Positions 61,156 through 64,000 of a DNA stretch of 64,000 nt are shown here, piece by piece. Position 1 is the first letter of the stretch. The number at the start of each line of letters is the position of its first letter. Origin of the DNA: an uncultured Acidobacteriota bacterium (GTDB taxonomy: Bacteria; Acidobacteriota; Thermoanaerobaculia; Multivoradales; UBA5704); NCBI GenBank assembly GCA_963700145.1, contig OY969474.1, positions 1,952,001 to 2,016,000 of the forward strand, in the 5' to 3' direction. The notes beneath the pieces were generated by a model. That model was not told the origin of the DNA and did not search any database. It saw only the letters and a list, made by a program, of their open reading frames with translations. Both the position numbers and the translations under genes were made by a program.

Positions 61156-63090
61156 CTAATCGACGGCCAGGGCGATCTGATTGGCGAAGGCCTCCAGCAG
61201 GTGGAGCTGCTCGGGGGTGACCAGCCGCTGCGGGTCGGCGGGGTGGACGCCGAGCACCCCGACGACGCCGCGCGGCGTGCGCAGCGGCACGTAGAGCCCC
61301 TTGGCGGCGGGGAGGGTGTCGGTCGTCTTGCCCGCCATCCGGCCGTGGTCGTAGACCCACTGCGCCACCGCCTGCTCGCGGCCGTCGAAGAGGTAGGTCA
61401 CGCTCTCGGCCGCGCGCTCGGCGAGACGCCCCGTCTCGTCGGGCAGCAGGAGCAGGACCTGGGAGAGGAAGACGGAGCTGATGTGGCGGGCGGCGGCCTG
61501 CAGGATGTCCTCGCTGCGCGAGGCCGCCGCCAGGTCGCGGCTCATGGCGTAGAGGGCCGCCGTGCGCGCCTCCCGCTCGCGTGCCGCCGCGGCCTGCTCG
61601 CGCAGGCGCACGGTCAGGGTCGAGATGACCAGGCCGGTGGCGAGCATGACGGCGAAGGTGAGCAGGTATTGGCTGTCCGAGACGGCGAAGGTCCAGTACG
61701 GCGGCACGAACCAGAAATCGAAGGCCGCCACGCTCAGCGTCGCAGCCAGCGCCGCGGGCCCGCGCCCCAGCCGCATCGCCACCCCGACGGTGCCGAGCAG
61801 GAAGATCATCACCAGGTTGGTGCGCTCGAAGTAAGGGAAGAGCAGGGCGCAGAGGCCGGTGCAGAGGGCGACGACGGCGGCGCTGGCGAGGTAGGGAGCG
61901 GCGGCGCGCGGGCGGCGCCGCCGCGCCGGCAACGGCCGGTCGTCCCCCTCGTCGCCGGCGATGACGTAGACGTCGATCTCGCCGCTGGCGCGCTCCAGGT
62001 CGTCCCGCACCGAGCCGAAGAGGACGTCCTTCCAGCGCGGGTGGATCGGCTTGCCGACGACGATCTTCGAGACGTTGCGCCGCTGCGCGTAGGCGAGCAG
62101 CGCCTCGGCCGGCCGCTCGCCGCTCAAGACCGCCGTCTCGGCCCCCAGGCGCTCGGCGAGCCGCAGCGTCTGCCAGACGCGGTCGCGCTCGGCCTCGGGC
62201 AGGCGGGCCTCGGCGGGGGTCTCGACGTAGGCCACCAGCCACTCGGCCCGCAGCGTCTCGGCGAGGCGGCGGGCGGCCCGCACCAGCCGCGCCGCGCCGG
62301 GTCCGGAGCTGACCGCCACCAGGATGCGCTCGGCCACCGGCCAGGTCTCGTCGATGCCGTGGAGCTGCCGGTAGCGCTGCATCTGCGCGTCCACCCGCTC
62401 GGCGGTCTTGCGCAGCGCCAGCTCGCGCAGGGCGATGAGATTGCCGGGGCGGAAGAAGCGGTCGATCGCCCGCTCGGCCTGCTCGGGGACGTAGACCTTC
62501 CCCTCGGCGAGGCGGGCGATCAGCTCCTCGGCCGGCAGGTCCACCAGCTCGACCCGGTCGGCGAGGTCGAAGAAGGAGTCGGGGACGGTCTCGCGCACGG
62601 CGACGCCGGTGATCTTGCCCACCAGGTCGTTGAGGCTCTCGAGGTGCTGGACGTTGATCGTGGTGTAGACGTCGATGCCGGCGGCCAGCAGCTCCTCGAC
62701 GTCCTGCCAGCGCTTGGCGTGGCGCGAGCCGGGGGCATTGGTGTGGGCCAGCTCGTCGACCAGGAGCACCGCCGGCCGGCGGGCGAGTGCGGCGTCGAGG
62801 TCGAATTCGCGCAGCGCGACGCCGCGGTGCTCGACGCGGCGCGGCGGCAGGACCTCGAGCCCGGCGAGCAGCGCCTCGGTCTCCTTGCGGCCGTGCGTCT
62901 CGACCCACCCAACCGCCACGTCGGCGCCGCGCCGCTGGAGCTCGCGCGCCGCCTCCAGCATGGCGTAGGTCTTCCCCACGCCGGCGACGGCGCCGAAGAA
63001 GACCTTCAGCTTGCCGCGCTTGGCCCGCTCCTCCTCGGCGTGCGCCAGGGCGAGGAGGGCGTCGGGATCGGGGCGGTCGTCGCGGGTCAC
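61156..63090 (-). CDS. kdpD: KdpD sensor portion (KdpD, USP, 4TM, GAF) lacking the kinase domain
   Basis: GVGKTYAML, LVDELAHTN, NVQHLESLND; stops at ANQIALAVD. Confidence 0.9.
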   Translation of the reverse strand: MTRDDRPDPDALLALAHAEEERAKRGKLKVFFGAVAGVGKTYAMLEAARELQRRGADVAVGWVETHGRKETEALLAGLEVLPPRRVEHRGVALREFDLDAALARRPAVLLVDELAHTNAPGSRHAKRWQDVEELLAAGIDVYTTINVQHLESLNDLVGKITGVAVRETVPDSFFDLADRVELVDLPAEELIARLAEGKVYVPEQAERAIDRFFRPGNLIALRELALRKTAERVDAQMQRYRQLHGIDETWPVAERILVAVSSGPGAARLVRAARRLAETLRAEWLVAYVETPAEARLPEAERDRVWQTLRLAERLGAETAVLSGERPAEALLAYAQRRNVSKIVVGKPIHPRWKDVLFGSVRDDLERASGEIDVYVIAGDEGDDRPLPARRRRPRAAAPYLASAAVVALCTGLCALLFPYFERTNLVMIFLLGTVGVAMRLGRGPAALAATLSVAAFDFWFVPPYWTFAVSDSQYLLTFAVMLATGLVISTLTVRLREQAAAAREREARTAALYAMSRDLAAASRSEDILQAAARHISSVFLSQVLLLLPDETGRLAERAAESVTYLFDGREQAVAQWVYDHGRMAGKTTDTLPAAKGLYVPLRTPRGVVGVLGVHPADPQRLVTPEQLHLLEAFANQIALAVD

Positions 63091-63091
63091 G

Positions 63092-63664
63092 TCACTGCCG
63101 GCGCGGTTGGAGGCCGTCGAGCGCGAGGTTGAGACGCAGGACGTTGACGCGCGGCTCGCCGAGCAGCCCCAGCGTCCGCCGCTCGACCCGCTCCTCGACC
63201 AGCCGGCGCACCGCCGCCGGATCGAGACCGCGGGCGGCGGCGACGCGGGGCACCTGGTAGAGGGCCGCTGCCGGGGTGATGTGCGGGTCGAGGCCGCTCG
63301 CCGAGGCGGTGACCAGGTCGACCGGCACCGGGCCGGTCCCGTGCGCCGCCCGCATGCGCTTCACGTCCGTTTGAATTCGGGTAAGGAGGGCCGGGTTGGT
63401 GGGCCCGAGGTTCGAGCCGCTCGAGGCGGAGGCGTTGTAAGGCGGCATCGTGGCCGAGGGCCGGCCCCAGAAGTAGCGGGCCCCCGAGAACGGCTGCCCG
63501 ATCAGCTCAGACCCCCTTACCTGGCCATCGACCTCCAGCAGGCTGCCGTTGGCGCGATCGGGGAACACGACCTGGGCGAGGCCGGTGACGGCGAGGGGAT
63601 AGAGCACACCCGTCAGCACGGTCATGACGAGGAGGAGAAGGACGGCGGTCGCGAGCTGGCGCAT
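63092..63664 (-). CDS. kdpC: K+-transporting ATPase subunit C
   Basis: [32 protein letters not shown]. Confidence 0.97.
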   Translation of the reverse strand: MRQLATAVLLLLVMTVLTGVLYPLAVTGLAQVVFPDRANGSLLEVDGQVRGSELIGQPFSGARYFWGRPSATMPPYNASASSGSNLGPTNPALLTRIQTDVKRMRAAHGTGPVPVDLVTASASGLDPHITPAAALYQVPRVAAARGLDPAAVRRLVEERVERRTLGLLGEPRVNVLRLNLALDGLQPRRQ

Positions 63665-63666
63665 GG

Positions 63667-64000
63667 TCAGACGAGCCTCAGGACGGTGAGCAGGAGGTCG
63701 ATCAGCTTGATGCCGGCGAAGGGCACGACGACGCCGCCCAACCCGTAGATCAGCAGGTTGTCGCGCAGCAGGCGCGACGCCGAGTGGCGGCGGAACTTGA
63801 CGCCGCGCAGGGCGAGCGGGATGAGGGCGATGATCACCAGGGCGTTGAAGATGACCGCCGAGAGGATGGCGCTCTCCGGGCTGGTCAGCCGCATCAGGTC
63901 GAGGCGGTCGAGCGCCGGGTAGGTGGTGGCGAAGGCGGCCGGGATGATGGCGAAGTACTTGGCCACGTCGTTGGCGATCGAGAAGGTGGTCAGCGTGCCG
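63667..64000 (-). CDS. kdpB: K+-transporting ATPase subunit B, C-terminal part (cut by the window edge)
   Basis: [29 protein letters not shown]. Confidence 0.96.
   Translation of the reverse strand, partial: GTLTTFSIANDVAKYFAIIPAAFATTYPALDRLDLMRLTSPESAILSAVIFNALVIIALIPLALRGVKFRRHSASRLLRDNLLIYGLGGVVVPFAGIKLIDLLLTVLRLV

Noticed and set aside
59375-62908. 1177-aa ORF as a giant response regulator
   Set aside because: Only the last 231 codons (from GTG 60070) are KdpE-like; the rest is an off-frame read of the kinase genes

Overview
A very GC-rich bacterial chromosome segment. The gene content and style suggest Acidobacteriota, possibly Thermoanaerobaculia-like (inference). The core is an intact ~20 kb str-S10-spc-alpha ribosomal superoperon on the minus strand (rpsL to rplQ, 24046-43896). 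Housekeeping genes surround it: lexA-ogt, an M16 peptidase pair, a Ser/Thr kinase, a second EF-G, efp, M50 and M1 peptidases, MFS transporters, kup and a kdp locus with a split KdpD. Two accessory zones stand out. (1) About 11.3-18.8 kb holds a stand-alone Abi/DRT-like reverse transcriptase with an unusual HGDD active-site motif. It has an upstream hairpin, is bracketed by a degenerate duplication of the host M50 gene, and has an IS256 inserted exactly at its stop codon. A decayed vapBC-like module, a 13 x 21-bp palindrome array and a tandem TIR-TIR pair follow. (2) About 44.2-53.3 kb is a lower-GC island with a TPR-CHAT protease, an uncharacterised partner, an M23 peptidase, a beta-propeller protein and an ECF sigma/zf-HC2 anti-sigma pair. 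It ends in a second 21-bp palindrome array of different sequence but the same architecture. No rRNA, tRNA or CRISPR array was seen. All calls come from motif recognition by eye; no database searches were run.
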